A stretch of 64,000 bases of DNA from Blastocystis sp. Blastoise (Eukaryota; Protista; Bigyra: Opalinata). The translations under genes and the position numbers were made by a program. Position 1 is the stretch's first letter; the number at the start of each line of letters is the position of its first letter. The DNA lies in NCBI GenBank assembly GCA_039096225.1, contig JBBPEB010000013.1, forward strand, positions 1,860,001 to 1,924,000, given 5' to 3'. Of this stretch, positions 38,363-51,795 are shown one piece after another. The notes below the pieces were generated by a model, which worked only from the letters and a program-made list of their open reading frames with translations, did no database searches and had not been told where the DNA came from.

Positions 38363-38434
38363 TAGCACCTCATCGTTTCGATCGACGGACCTTTGGGTTA
38401 TGAGCCCAACGCGCTTCCCCTGCGCCAAGGTGCT
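38363..38434 (-). tRNA. tRNAi-Met: Initiator tRNA-Met (CAT)
   Basis: AGCACCT/AGGTGCT acceptor stem with A1-U72, GGG-CTCATAA-CCC anticodon arm, T-loop ATCGAAA (A54), and T-runs downstream. Confidence 0.97.
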
Positions 38435-39126
38435 ACTTATTAAAGTTGTTCTTATTTAACTAGTTAAAGGTATATTCATTTTTTAGCCTATATACTCCTT
38501 AAAAGTTTTTTATTTATTTCAATTCGAATTATTAATTTGTTAAGCAAGATTAACTGGTTTATGAATCATTCTTTATAGATAAAAATCTGTATTAAACCAA
38601 ATATGTGAATCAAATTATGAAAGCAAATAATTAATTGTTTTATAAATCAAAGTAATAAAATAGATTAAATAAAAGAGTTATAAACGAATAAAAATAATTG
38701 TGACAGTGTTAAATATAAAAATAAAACAACTAATCTAGTTCAAAATCACTCAACCATAAAAATCACTAGATTATAGGCATATCATAGGAAATATTCTCAT
38801 CGAAAAGCATGATAAGATGATGTTTGAGAGCATACTCTTTATCTTAAATCATTTTTATTTGTTGTTGGTATATTCCCTATATGATAAAACAAATATTCAA
38901 TTGACGCTTTACTACATGTTTCACTCAATCCAAGAAGCATCATAATGGAGTGATAAATATATATATATGTTCTTAGACACTACACAAGAAACAAAAAGAA
39001 AAGAAAGACTGTTTCAACTTCAAAAATTGTGATGGAGAATTTTTTATAGTTTTTTGATCGTTACTTTCTTTTAGGATTTGTTTGTAGTTTTTTTTATTAT
39101 AAAGATGATCAAACGTATATAACAGA

Positions 39127-39198
39127 GACAAGTTAGTGTAGTGGCAGCATGTTGGACTCATAACTCAAAGGTCCATTGTTCAAATCAATGACTTATCT
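39127..39198 (+). tRNA. Degenerate tRNA-Met(CAT)-like sequence, possible pseudogene
   Basis: Cloverleaf GACAAGT/ACTTATC (one C-A mismatch), anticodon arm TTGGA-CTCATAA-CTCAA (G-T and A-C defects), T-arm CATTG-TTCAAAT-CAATG. Confidence 0.75.
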
Positions 39199-40707
39199 AT
39201 TCTTTATTTATTAAAAAAAAAGAAATTACCATTTAGGACTTTATTTTTGTCAACGAGATACAATGATATTTTTGTAAGTATAGAATAGTAATAAAGAATT
39301 AGGATATGCTTTATTATATACGTAAATATAGTTTTGATTACTCAATCATGTTATTCTTTATTTGCGAGTCTTGTATTTTTCTGAATTTGATCTTGATAAT
39401 AAATGATATACTGCCTATCCAATAGGAATATATAAAGCTGTATCTCTGGAATATTGATAGTGTAAAATCGTAATGAAACATCTATTGATTATTAAATCTA
39501 TATATAGAAGAATAAAGTACTATAACTCTTATAAGATATATAGCTCTATAGAACAGACTATGTCTGCATTAGGAATAATAGAAAAATGTGAACTGAAATG
39601 TATTCATTGCAATTATATCGGACTATAATAGGAAATCCGTAAATATAGTGCTATTAGTTACAAAATAGTAACATCTTAAGAAGTATTTAGAGACCATCCT
39701 CTGTTTCATTTTTGACACACTCCTGTATTTTAAAGTATTAAAAAGTAAAATGAGAAGAATAAAGTGAGTGAAAATATAAACAGCACATATTTCTATTAAT
39801 TCTAATATGAATAATACTTTTGATAATTGAGAAAGCGAATACTAGAAGAGAACATAGATGCTCATTGCATGTATCTATTATTAGACACATACAATATTTT
39901 AGAATTGATAAAAATGATTGATAACAAAAAGGAAATCAAAAGTGAATCAAATTTTTTTTCCAAAAACGTAAATATTATCGTTTACGATAAATATTGAATA
40001 AAATATATACAATATATAATGTATGCTTTGAATGACAAGAAACCATTAAGAAATACTCTGAGTTCAGTTTGAATTATTTTTGATTTATGTATTTATTTCG
40101 CAAAACGATCCCACTCAAGACATAACAGTTCAGTTCATATAAACTGGATCATACTCATTAATTAACTTCTCTATTGTTAGTTGAATTACCATTAGTCCGT
40201 TTCCAATATTCTATTGTATTTGAGCGTTTAAAACGTTATGATATCACCATATGCATTCAAATAAATCTCTGAGCAATTACATACAGTTAAAAAGACTTAA
40301 TCAGTACCTAACTGTATGTAAATAATTTCTACACAGTTCTTATTATAATATCAGTTCAAAATAAGTCTTCAATATTCATATACAGTTAAAACAACCTGAT
40401 GTATAACCATATCACTGATAATAATTGGGTTGTATTGAAAAGTCAAAGGAAAGAAGTTCTAAGAACTATAGAGTCGGTTTGAACAAGGAATCACCATTAA
40501 TTTTTAAGTTATGTTTACAGCGAATGTATTCGATTAGAATACATCCTGATCACTTGATTGGATAATCATTATTGTTTATATTTTGATGCCTTTCGAAAGA
40601 GAAGAAGAGCGAGTGTACTTTTCAAAAGAAAAGAAGAAGTTCTTTCTATCAATCGAACATAAATATTTTAAAATAAATAATAATATTAATAAATAAGTGA
40701 TACGAAA

Positions 40708-41934
40708 ATGAGAATATGTATGGTAATGGATCAATACTTTGTCGAGAATAATGGAACGACAACATCTGCTAGAAGATTTGTAGAAATGTTACGTGAAAGA
40801 GGTCATGAAGTTCGTGTGGTTACTACTGGAACTGGAGGTGATTATATGTATATAGTTCCTCAATACAAATATGGTTTAATATCTTATGTTGCTTCATGGC
40901 AAGGAATGGTGTTTGGAAAACCTATTAAAACAACTTTAAAAGAAGCTTTTACTGGTTGTGATGTTGTTCACTGTTATATGCCATTTAAATTAGCTTCTGG
41001 TGCTCGTAAGATGGCTAAGAAAATGGGTATTGCTTGTACTGCTGCTTTTCATGTTCAACCTGAAAATATTACTTATAATTGTGGTTTAAAGAACTTTGGA
41101 TGGACTAATGATGTTGTATATGAAGGTTTCAGATTAGCTTTTTATAAGAATATTGAATATGTACATTGTCCAAGTGAATTTATAGCTAATGAATTACGTG
41201 CTCATCATTATAACAATAAATTATGTGTTATTTCTAATGGTGTTCAACCTCAATTTCATCCCATGGAAGTTCAAAAGCCTGAATACTTACAGAATAAGTT
41301 TTCAATTTTGATGATTGGTCGTTATGCTGTTGAGAAACGTCAAGAGGTTTTACTTCATGCTATAGCTCTTTCTAAATATAAGGATCAAATAACATTAGTT
41401 CTTGCTGGTGCTGGACCAACTGAAAATAAACTTCGTGATTTAGCAAAATCATTAGATATTGATGTTCATTTTAAATTCTTTAAACAACCTGAATTGATTG
41501 AAACAATTAATAGTTGTGATTTATATGTACATGCTGCTGATGTTGAAATTGAAGCAATTGCTTGTATTGAAGCTTTCTCTTGTGGTCTTGTTCCTGTTAT
41601 TTGCAATAGTACGAAGAGTGCTACAAAACAATTTGCTTTAGATGATAGAAGTTTATTTAAAGTGAACGATAGTCAAGATTTAGCAAATAAAATTGATTAT
41701 TGGTATGAACATCCTGAAGAAAAGAAGGTGATGTCTGCTAAATACGTAGAACATGGTAAAGATTATACTATCGAATCATCTGTAACAAAATTTGAAACTA
41801 TGTTAAAGAATGCAATTCAGTCATTTAGAGCTAAGCATCCTAATAATACTCCTGAATTTACTGAATCAGAATCAGAAGGTGATGATCATTATTCTGAATA
41901 TATGCCTCCCATGGCTTTACCTTTATATGAATAA
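40708..41934 (+). CDS. cgt: GT4 glycosyltransferase, homologue of bacterial cholesterol alpha-glucosyltransferase (Helicobacter Cgt/HP0421 type)
   Basis: Intronless. NGT..SA.RF, FHVQPENITYN, HCPSEFIA, ISNG, GRYAVEKRQ, LYVHAADVEIEAIACIEA and SATKQFALDDRSLF match the Cgt family as I recall it. Confidence 0.88.
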   Translation: MRICMVMDQYFVENNGTTTSARRFVEMLRERGHEVRVVTTGTGGDYMYIVPQYKYGLISYVASWQGMVFGKPIKTTLKEAFTGCDVVHCYMPFKLASGARKMAKKMGIACTAAFHVQPENITYNCGLKNFGWTNDVVYEGFRLAFYKNIEYVHCPSEFIANELRAHHYNNKLCVISNGVQPQFHPMEVQKPEYLQNKFSILMIGRYAVEKRQEVLLHAIALSKYKDQITLVLAGAGPTENKLRDLAKSLDIDVHFKFFKQPELIETINSCDLYVHAADVEIEAIACIEAFSCGLVPVICNSTKSATKQFALDDRSLFKVNDSQDLANKIDYWYEHPEEKKVMSAKYVEHGKDYTIESSVTKFETMLKNAIQSFRAKHPNNTPEFTESESEGDDHYSEYMPPMALPLYE

Positions 41935-42424
41935 ATTTAATAGAACAATAATTTTATTATAAATATATGTTTTAGTCATTTTATTCTTTCATTAAATCCT
42001 TTATTGTTTTTATAGTTGTATCTATAGATATTTTTTAATACTTTTCCTTTTTTTTCTCTTTTTAACAAAATTTTATTTCTGTTTTTGTAGCAGCATTTAT
42101 ATGTTTTCTCAAGTAGATGTGTAATGATTACAATTATTATGATTTCATTAATTGTTGTTTTGTTCTATAATTATTAACTGATATATGAAAATAACAAAAC
42201 AAAACAAATATATATATATAATTCTAGTGGAAAATGAATTATATAACATGAAAAGAAAACACCCCAGTATATATATGTGAATTGACATAAAAAGAGAAAA
42301 GAGAAAAGAAAGATATAAAGCAGGATAATAAATATATGTATAAAAAAGTGTGATAAATAACAATAAAAATGATAGAGATTCTATAAGAATAATACATATT
42401 TTTATAAATGATCCAAGTAATCAA

Positions 42425-43427
42425 TTAAATAGTTTTTCTTTCATCAATTTCTTTCTTTAACTCTTCTGCTTTCATATAACATTGTAATTTATCCATACCC
42501 TATATATATATATGTATATAAATAAATAAATATATATTATCTATGAATGCAATCAATATATACTTCACTCATATCTCCTACAGTTTTATATAAAATAGCA
42601 AGATTCATCATCGTTTTTAAAGTAGAACCATGGTTTCTACCACACGACTATATAATAAGAAATATTATTCATAGTAATTGAAATATAATAATAATAATAT
42701 TATTCTTTTTATATTTATTAAAATATTATAATAATAATTGAAATATTATAATAATAATTGAAATATTATAATAATAATATTATTCTTTTTATAATAATCA
42801 AAATATTATAATAATAATTAAAAAATTATAATATTAACATATTAAGACATCAAAATTAATAAAAAAACATAATAGAACACTCCAAATAATTATTTTACAT
42901 ACATAATCATATATTTTAATAGCTTTTTCATATAAATTAGAGGCACGTTCATAATCTCCTGTACTCTTACACATCAATGCTACATCATTCAAACCACATG
43001 CATATACTGGATGATTATCACCAAAATGATCACCAATTAAAACCAGACAGTCTTCAGATAGTTTTAAAGCTTCATCATATTGTTTTTCTTTGTATAATCT
43101 ATGAATCTCTTGTTGCATAGCTGCTATGTTAGACTCCATCTCGATATAAGTTTTATGAGTCTTCTCATCTGTAGCAATATATTTCTCAACTTTCAAATCA
43201 TTACTTACAAAATGTTTAGGAACGACTTTCTTCTCATCTTTTGGATCGACAACAACACTAAACGATTTTGCTCTATATGATTTTGGAATCAAAAATGTTC
43301 TACTTACATTCGACTGAGTATGTAAGTAAAAACAAGATGTACAACCAAGAAGAGAACGACAATTGATTTCAGACTTACAAAGAACTTGTTTAAATAATAA
43401 TCCAGTATTCGACAATCTAGACAACAT
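42425..43427 (-). CDS. Organelle-targeted TPR protein (kinesin-light-chain-type TPRs)
   Basis: Presequence MLSRLSN, HFGDNHPVYACGLNDVALMCKSTGDYERASNLYEKA and NHGSTLKTMMNLAILY. Three exons in frame. Confidence 0.8.
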
Positions 43428-44050
43428 TTGTTTTCAACTCTGAATAAATTTCAATAAGTTCTAATGCCAAAACCAATAAAACAAAAAAAAATGGAACTGT
43501 TTACCATTTTTTTAAATATTCACAATTATTTTATTTTTCTTTGTGGAAATTCTAAAATAATTTTAATCCAATAATAGAAATGCGTCATGAAAAATAAAAG
43601 AAAATCAAGGCAATATTGCTATTTCGGAATTTGCTAGAAAACTATCTCTTTTCTAGCAAAAGGATTATGAAAAAAGAATAATGGTTCTAAAAAGAGAATG
43701 AACATGTATATTAATATAGATATAGTTTATTCTAAGCTATTCTTTATGATGTCAATAATAAGAAAAATAAATTCGCTGATTCTACAACAACGGACTGAAA
43801 TAAAAGTACATCAAATCAGCTCTTCTTATCAATATTTGTTTGTTTTTGTCCAGTAAAAACTTATTAAATAAATATTTATTACATTCATTGCTTGTATGAC
43901 ACTCAACAGAATTGACCCATTTCGGTTAACATAAGGATACATATAAAAATGACATCTGTATCGTCATGTCTATCTTTGTTGGAAACACAATTCCATTTTT
44001 AGAAACAGTTTCGTTTCATATTTTATTTGTTTAACGACTTTTAAAATAAA

Positions 44051-46521
44051 ATGAAGCTTTCTGTTTTATGTCTGTTTATTGTAGCTGCGTTAGCTGTTGT
44101 CAAGAACCCTAACTTTATTTATTATAATGAATTAGAAGGTAAACCTTATAAGATCACTTGGGATAAACGTTCTTTCTTCATTGATGACAGAAGAACTATC
44201 TTCCTTGCTGGCTCCGTTCACTATCCTCGTGCTACTCCTGAAATGTGGGATACTGTACTTGATCAAGCTGTTGAAGATGGATTGAATTTAATTCAAATCT
44301 ATACTTTTTGGAATTATCATGAACCTGAAGAAGGTAAATTTGATTGGACTGGCCGTGGTGATCTAAGACTTTTCCTTGATAAATGTAAAGAACGTGGTCT
44401 TTTCGTTAATCTTCGTATTGGACCTTATGTTTGTGCTGAATGGGATAATGGTGGTATTCCTTCTTGGTTACAATTTAAGGAGGGTATTCGTTATAGATCT
44501 TCTAATGAACTTTGGGAGAAATATATGGGTAATTGGATGAAAGTTCTTGTTGAAGAAGTCCGTGATTACTTCTCTGATGTTGGTGGCCCTATTATGATGG
44601 CTCAAATTGAAAATGAATTAAGTCATGGTGATAAGAATTATATTGATTGGTGTGGTAAATTTGCTATGGAACTCAAGGCCGATATCCCATGGGTAATGTG
44701 TAGTGGTGATACTGCTGATGAGACCATTAATGCTTGTAATGGTAATAATTGTGATACATATTTAGAGAAACATGGTCAAACGGGTCGTATTCTTGTAGAT
44801 CAACCAGGTGTTTGGACTGAAAATGAAGGATGGTTTGAAGGTTGGGGAATGGATAATAGTAATAGAGAAGATTATTATGGTTGGGATTCTAGAACTCCTG
44901 AGGATTATTCTTATGCTATTATGAAATGGTTTGATAGAGGAGGTAGTTATCATAATTATTATATGTGGTTTGGAGGGAATCATTACGGTCGATCTGCTGC
45001 TGCTGGCTTAACTACTTGGTATACTAATGGTGTCTTACTTAAATCGGATACTCTTCCTAATGAAGTATATATATAGTTATTTTATTGTTGTAGTTAATTT
45101 TATTTATAATATATATTTATTTATATATATTTATTTATGAATATTAAGCTATATAATAAGTATAATAAACATATTTTATAGCCTAAACATTCTCACCTCG
45201 TGAAGATGCATAAGTTTATTGCTTCTATTGCTGATATTCTTTTAAATGATGAAGCTCAAGTCAATAAACAAACTAAAGTCACTGATAAAATTCAAATGTT
45301 TACTTATCAATATAATGGAAAAGTATTATATTTCTTAGAAAATCAGAATAATGAAAGTAATTCTTGTGATTATATGGGCCATCATCTTGAATTTGCTAAG
45401 TATCAAATGTATGTTATTGACCAAAATGGAGAGATTGTTTATAATACTCATGATGTTGAACCTGCCAAGGTAACTCGTCAAATTACTCCTGTACATTCTC
45501 TTCAATATACTTATTGGAATGAACCTTTAACGAATTTAGATTCTCTCTCTCCCGCGATTATTTTACCTAAAGCTTCGGAACAAATCAATATTACTCAAGA
45601 TTTATCTGAATATTTATATTATCAAACTCAATATGATTTTACTAAAGAGGAAAATGAATTGAGTATAGGAGGAACAAAAGCAAATTCCTTTATTATATTT
45701 ATTGATGGTATTAAAGTGGGTTATAATGATAATCATGAACGTTCTGGATCTTGGCTTACTCATAATATTACTATAAAAACAAGTATAGGTAAACATACTT
45801 TATTAATTTTAAGTGAATCCATTGGCTTATCAAATGGCGTTGGTAGTAACAGTGACGCTGCCAAAGATTCTTCAAGACTTAAGGGTATATATATTTATAT
45901 TTATTTATTTATTTATTTATTTATTTATATGTATATATATTTTTATTTATTTATTTATTGATTGATTTTTATAAGAAGGTTTATGATTATTATTCTTTTT
46001 CATATATATATATTTGATAAGTATTTATAATTAATATAATATACTTATAATTAATATAATAATACTACTATATAGGTATTTGTGGTTGGATAAAGATGAA
46101 TGGTAATGATTTCTTTAATCAAGAATGGAAACATTATAATGGTTTAGTAGGTGAATATTTACAAATATATACTGAAAGTAATATTCATAAAGTAGATTGG
46201 AATGAAGATTTAGATCATGCTGCTCCTATTACTTGGTTATCTTCTACTTTTGACACTCCTAAAGATTTAAAGAGAGGTATTGAAGTCTTATTCCACCCTA
46301 TGGGTCTTATGAGAGGTCATACTTATATTAATGGTAATGATATCGGTAGATATTGGATGATCAAATCAAGTAAAGGTGAATACACTCAAGAATACTATCA
46401 TATTCCTAAAGATTGGCTAAAAAACAATGGAGAAAAGAATATTATTGTTGTTAGTGAAACCGTTGGTGCTGATTCTTATGATCAATCTGAAATATGCATT
46501 ACTCAAATGATTGAAAAATAA
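44051..46521 (+). CDS. Secreted beta-galactosidase, glycoside hydrolase family 35
   Basis: Signal peptide, GSVHYPR, TFWNYHEP, LRIGPYVCAEWDNGGIP, GGPIMMAQIENE, WTENEGWF, NYYMWFGG, INGNDIGRYW and QEYYHIP. Three exons. Confidence 0.96.
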
Positions 46522-48876
46522 AATGAAATTTTTTTTTTCTTTTAGAAAAATAATATTTTAGAAATATTTTGTTCGAATCATTATTTGTTTGTTATTCATT
46601 TATTTTAAGAAATATAAATATATATATATATATTGATTTATAATCGACATAGGACTTGAAAATAGAAAATACACGTTTAAAAATGTTTCTTTATTGTTAT
46701 AATTTGAATTAATTAATTATTGAGAAGAATAACTTAAATATTTATAATGTAATTTAACATTATTATTTATGAAGATAATCAAAATGAATTCATAATAATA
46801 AGGATTTATTAAATAAAAAATAATAATATATTAGAAAACAAATAATATGTATATGTTGTTAAAAGATATTGGCATAGATATCAGTAGATACACCTGTAGG
46901 CAGGTTTTTCCCGTGTAGCCCCATTTGGTGGTACCCCTAAGCGCCAAAAAAAATGAACACGCTCTTAAATCTTTTTTTAGCTCGACTATTTGACCACCAA
47001 GTGGCGCTTGATACTCATTTTGTGTATTTTTTTATAAAAAGCAAACACAACATTACATTTTTTTAATTATTTTGTATTAGAGTATATAATTTTTAATATG
47101 AATAATATATATTGTTTGGAAAGTCGATGATACTTGTAATTGATGTGAAAATGTTATAGAAACAACTAGTTAATGGTGATGGAAAAATATTGTATTAAAC
47201 TGTTGAATATAGGTGTCTACTGGGTTTATTTTGATGAGGACAGTTAGAAGAACCTTAAATAAAATTAAAAAGAATACTACGATTATATCAACATTTTCTT
47301 AATTATCTTCTTGTTGAATAATTTGCATTTGACTGTGCTTAGAATACTTGGTAGACACATTATATGAATACTTTATTTAAGGATATCAAAAAAAATATTT
47401 TTAACAAATTAGCTTTTTTTTCCTTTTTATTCTTATTAAAGTTAATGAATAACATTCTATACACAAATTCTTCTTCATTCAAAACGGTACAAACAAATAT
47501 AATTAATAGTTTTATCAATAAATCCATTTATAATAATTCAATGATTTTTATAATCTAAAGTTAAATAGTAGGCAGACTTTTTCTGTTTTAAGAAAATTCA
47601 GTGGCGACTGACTTTGTATTAAAAGAATTACACTGTAAATTTCTTATAAAAAAAATTAACTTTATTTTCTTATAAAAAAAAGCAGCATTTTAAATACATA
47701 TTCTGAATGAATTATTAGTATTTATATTTTATTTTTTATTCTAGCTATCTCAGGAAGTATATATCATCTCTGTAGTATTAATATTTTCTTTTTATTTGAA
47801 ACTCAAAAACTTAATTGCAATTATATTCATATTTATTTGTATTTATAGGTTATTGACAGTACCTGAAGCTATTAGACAGTGATTCAATTGTGATAAAGTA
47901 GTCAGAAGTATGCTAAACTAAGTATTGTAAATGTTGATAATTATTATTATTTTTATATAGGTTATTGATAATTGGAATGATTCAAGGTACTCTGAAAAGG
48001 TATATGAACAGTTTCAAATCAAAATAAATTCAAGAAATTCAAAATGGGAGAGAATGGGAGATCATTTTTTTTTTGTTTATATTTATTATTTTATATTATT
48101 TATTTATTTTAATTTAGGATATTAAATATACTACAATAATGTCATCTTGGGTTATTAAATATTCAAAATTAAGAAACAAAAACAAATACAAAAATTCTTA
48201 TAGGTAAATATTTATACATATATATTTTTTATTTAATTTTGTTTTTTATTTAATTTATATTATTTTACAATGCTATTCTAATTATATTAACTTTAAATAT
48301 ACTGAATATAGTTATTTTATTGTATATTTACAGTTAGTTCTATAGTTCAATATTTTATTATATATATATATATTACTTTTAATTATTAATAATATTTTTT
48401 TAATAATATATTTTTTATAATAGTTTTTATCTTATTTATGGTTTATATAGGAAATTTTTAATTAACAAATGATGTTTAAAACAATTTTAATTGAATATGA
48501 TGGTATATATGTATACTTTTTTATTATTAAGAAGAATATATACATATATATACATTTTTTATTTAATATATATGAATATATTTATATTTATTTATATTTA
48601 GGTTTTTAAATAATATTATTATATACAAAAATAATAAAAAGTAAGATACAAAAGAAAGATGTTTTTTTAACAAAATTTATAATAATAGTATATATATATA
48701 TTAATTAAATAATACTTTACAGGTATATTCAAATGAACAAGCTAACAGAAATAGTGAGTTTTTATAGAAATTTATTATGTATCTGTCTTATTGAATCTAT
48801 AGAAAACCATATATATACACTATATATATTATTATAATTACCTTTTATCCTTTTATTATATTATTATTATTCTATA

Positions 48877-51062
48877 GTTTACAAATGTATTAAAATATAT
48901 ATTAAAATACATACTGAATCTGCTTCTATTACTACTATATTTAATTCATTATATAAAAATAAACAATATATTCTGTATATATATATCATTATTATCTTTA
49001 TTATAATCATAATCTTTAGTATCTATATAAATAGTATTTCAATACCTTCTTTGTCTTCTCAATTTTCTTATACTTAGTCTCTTGATAGTATTCCTTATTC
49101 TATATATCTATACAAAAACAATTAATGTCACTTACAGAAAGAGCTTTAAAATGAACACTATTATCATAAAGAATATTCGTTAATGAACACAATAAATGAA
49201 GATATAGATTATATTATTATTATGTATTCTTTTATTTATTATAATATTATTTATATAAATATAATAGTTACTCTTAATATATATATAGTCTCCTTAATTA
49301 CTGTCCTTATTCTATAGGTATGTCTCTTTTTCAATTCTTCTATATATAATCGTGAATAAAGCACTATTTGTTGAAGGTTAATAAACTGTATATTATTACT
49401 ATTATTATATTTTTTATTATTAACATAGTTTGTTAGAAACCGTTCTTTCTGTATTACTAAATCACAATTGGGGTGTTATTTAGATTGTAATAATAGTGAA
49501 ATGATTGTATATATATTATTATCATTATACCTATTTCTTAAATTATTATTATACTTAGTATACATATTATTTTTTATATGTATATATAGAGTCTGTTCTG
49601 TATATGTCTATGAATATTACAGAATTACCATAAATATTTTGACTTATATATATCGAATTCATCTCATTTTATTAATGGCTTTTGTGAAGACTTTTATAAT
49701 ATATTCAATAAATAAGGTTGATGATAGCTATAGTATATTATTATTATTATTATTATTATATATAGATAATTGATAAAGGTATGAGTCTAGATGATAAGAT
49801 TAACTGTCTCATTCTACTCAATATATATCTTTTATATATTATTATTATTATTATTATTCTATATTTTATTATTATATTTAATACATTTATTTCTCTCCTT
49901 CTATATATACAACTATCTCTTCTTCTTTAACTTCTTACCTTCTATATATACTACTCTCTCTCCTTCTCTTTCTTTCTCTTCTCCTGTAGATATTGATATG
50001 GACTTCCTTGTTATTCTAGCGGAACTGATTAATATTATTGGATATGAACTGGCTCAATTTCATGTATTTATTAAGAATGATGTATATATTATATATAGCT
50101 ATTTATTATTATGTTTTATTATTCTATTTATTATTTTTATTTTCTACTTATTATCATTATTTTTTTTTTATTAATATTATTTTATCATTATATTTATTAT
50201 TCCATTTATTATACAGGCTGATAATCGTCTTGCATCTCTTCTTTCTATTTATTTCTCTATATCTCTCGATTTCCTTGGGAAAGTCACATTTTATCCCTCA
50301 CCCTGTGTATACCCTGTTCTTGAAATATTAATTATATCCTTTCATATTTATACTATTCTATTTTTATTCTATTTTAAATCTATTCTACTCGTTCTTTATT
50401 AATTTTCCTTCATTTCCACGATTATTGCAGTCATATTGAACAACCTTATTTCCTCTCTCTCTTCCCTTCTCTATCTCTTCTCCCTTCTGTCATGGACTCG
50501 ATTATTCAACAAATGATGTATATATATATTATTTATTTTATTTTATTTTATTTTATTTTATTTTATTTTATTTTATTTTATTTTATTTTATTTTATTTTA
50601 TTTTATTTTATTTTATTTTATTTTATTTTATTTTATTTTATTTTATTTTATTTATTTAAATTATTATTGATTCAATTAGAATCTACATAATATTATATAT
50701 ATATATAGGTTCCCTGAAAATTTTGATTTATCTGAAGATTTATCTCTTAACATTGATATATATGATTATCAAACAAAAGTTTATAAATTGGCACAAACTA
50801 TATTAAAGAATAATCCTACAAAAGTAGGTAGCTATGTTACATTACTCTTAGAACAACTTCAACAAAATCTTGCTGATCCCCGCGGGGATCACTCGAAATA
50901 TACATGGAGATATATAGAAGCTCTTTATCATTTAATATCTGTATTTGGAGACTCAACATTGAAGGGTATATAGCATTATTATTATAATGTTTATTATTAT
51001 TATTATTATTATTGTTTTTTTTTTTTTTATTATTATATCTAAATTGGTTGCATTACTTTTTT

Positions 51063-51116
<54 letters not shown>

Positions 51117-51276
51117 GATTCTATGGGTCCATTTGTTGTGAATATGTTAATGTGTTTCTCGAATAACCGCGATTATGCTGCCCATAAGCATGTGTTTGTT
51201 ATTTCTATTCTTGAAGAAACTATATATAGGTAAATATAGACTTATAATTATTATCACATTTATTATTATTTACTAT

Positions 51277-51335
<59 letters not shown>

Positions 51336-51729
51336 GTTATAGATATACAAATCTTCTTTCTTCAATGGAGAATACATATGACGTTTGTTTCTCTATATAT
51401 ATACTTGGTTTACAATGCCAAGAAAAAGGACTTATGAAGAGAAGTGGATATTTACTAAATAAATATATACATAAAATATTTATTACTGATGAACAACTAG
51501 AAGAACTATATACATTACTTAAGGTATGCATATATTATTATATGTATTATTATTATTATATTTGATATTATTATTATATTTATTATTATTATATAAGCCT
51601 TCTCTTCTTCTTTCTCCCTACCCTTCAGTACCTTCTTCACTACCCTTAGAATACTTATATATATTGTTTGAAATATGTTCATTCACACGTTTACTTCGAC
51701 AAGATTTTGATTTTCATAAGGTATATAAA

Positions 51730-51795
<66 letters not shown>

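Noticed and set aside
38105-38428. ORF extending the carboxylase N-terminus through the tRNA
   Set aside because: It uses a non-ATG start inside the tRNA gene. The real start is most likely the ATG at 38263.
49590-49730. In-frame TGA/TAA in exportin-T-like exons as evidence of an alternative genetic code
   Set aside because: The stops are of mixed types and come with frameshifts. All other genes translate cleanly with the standard code.
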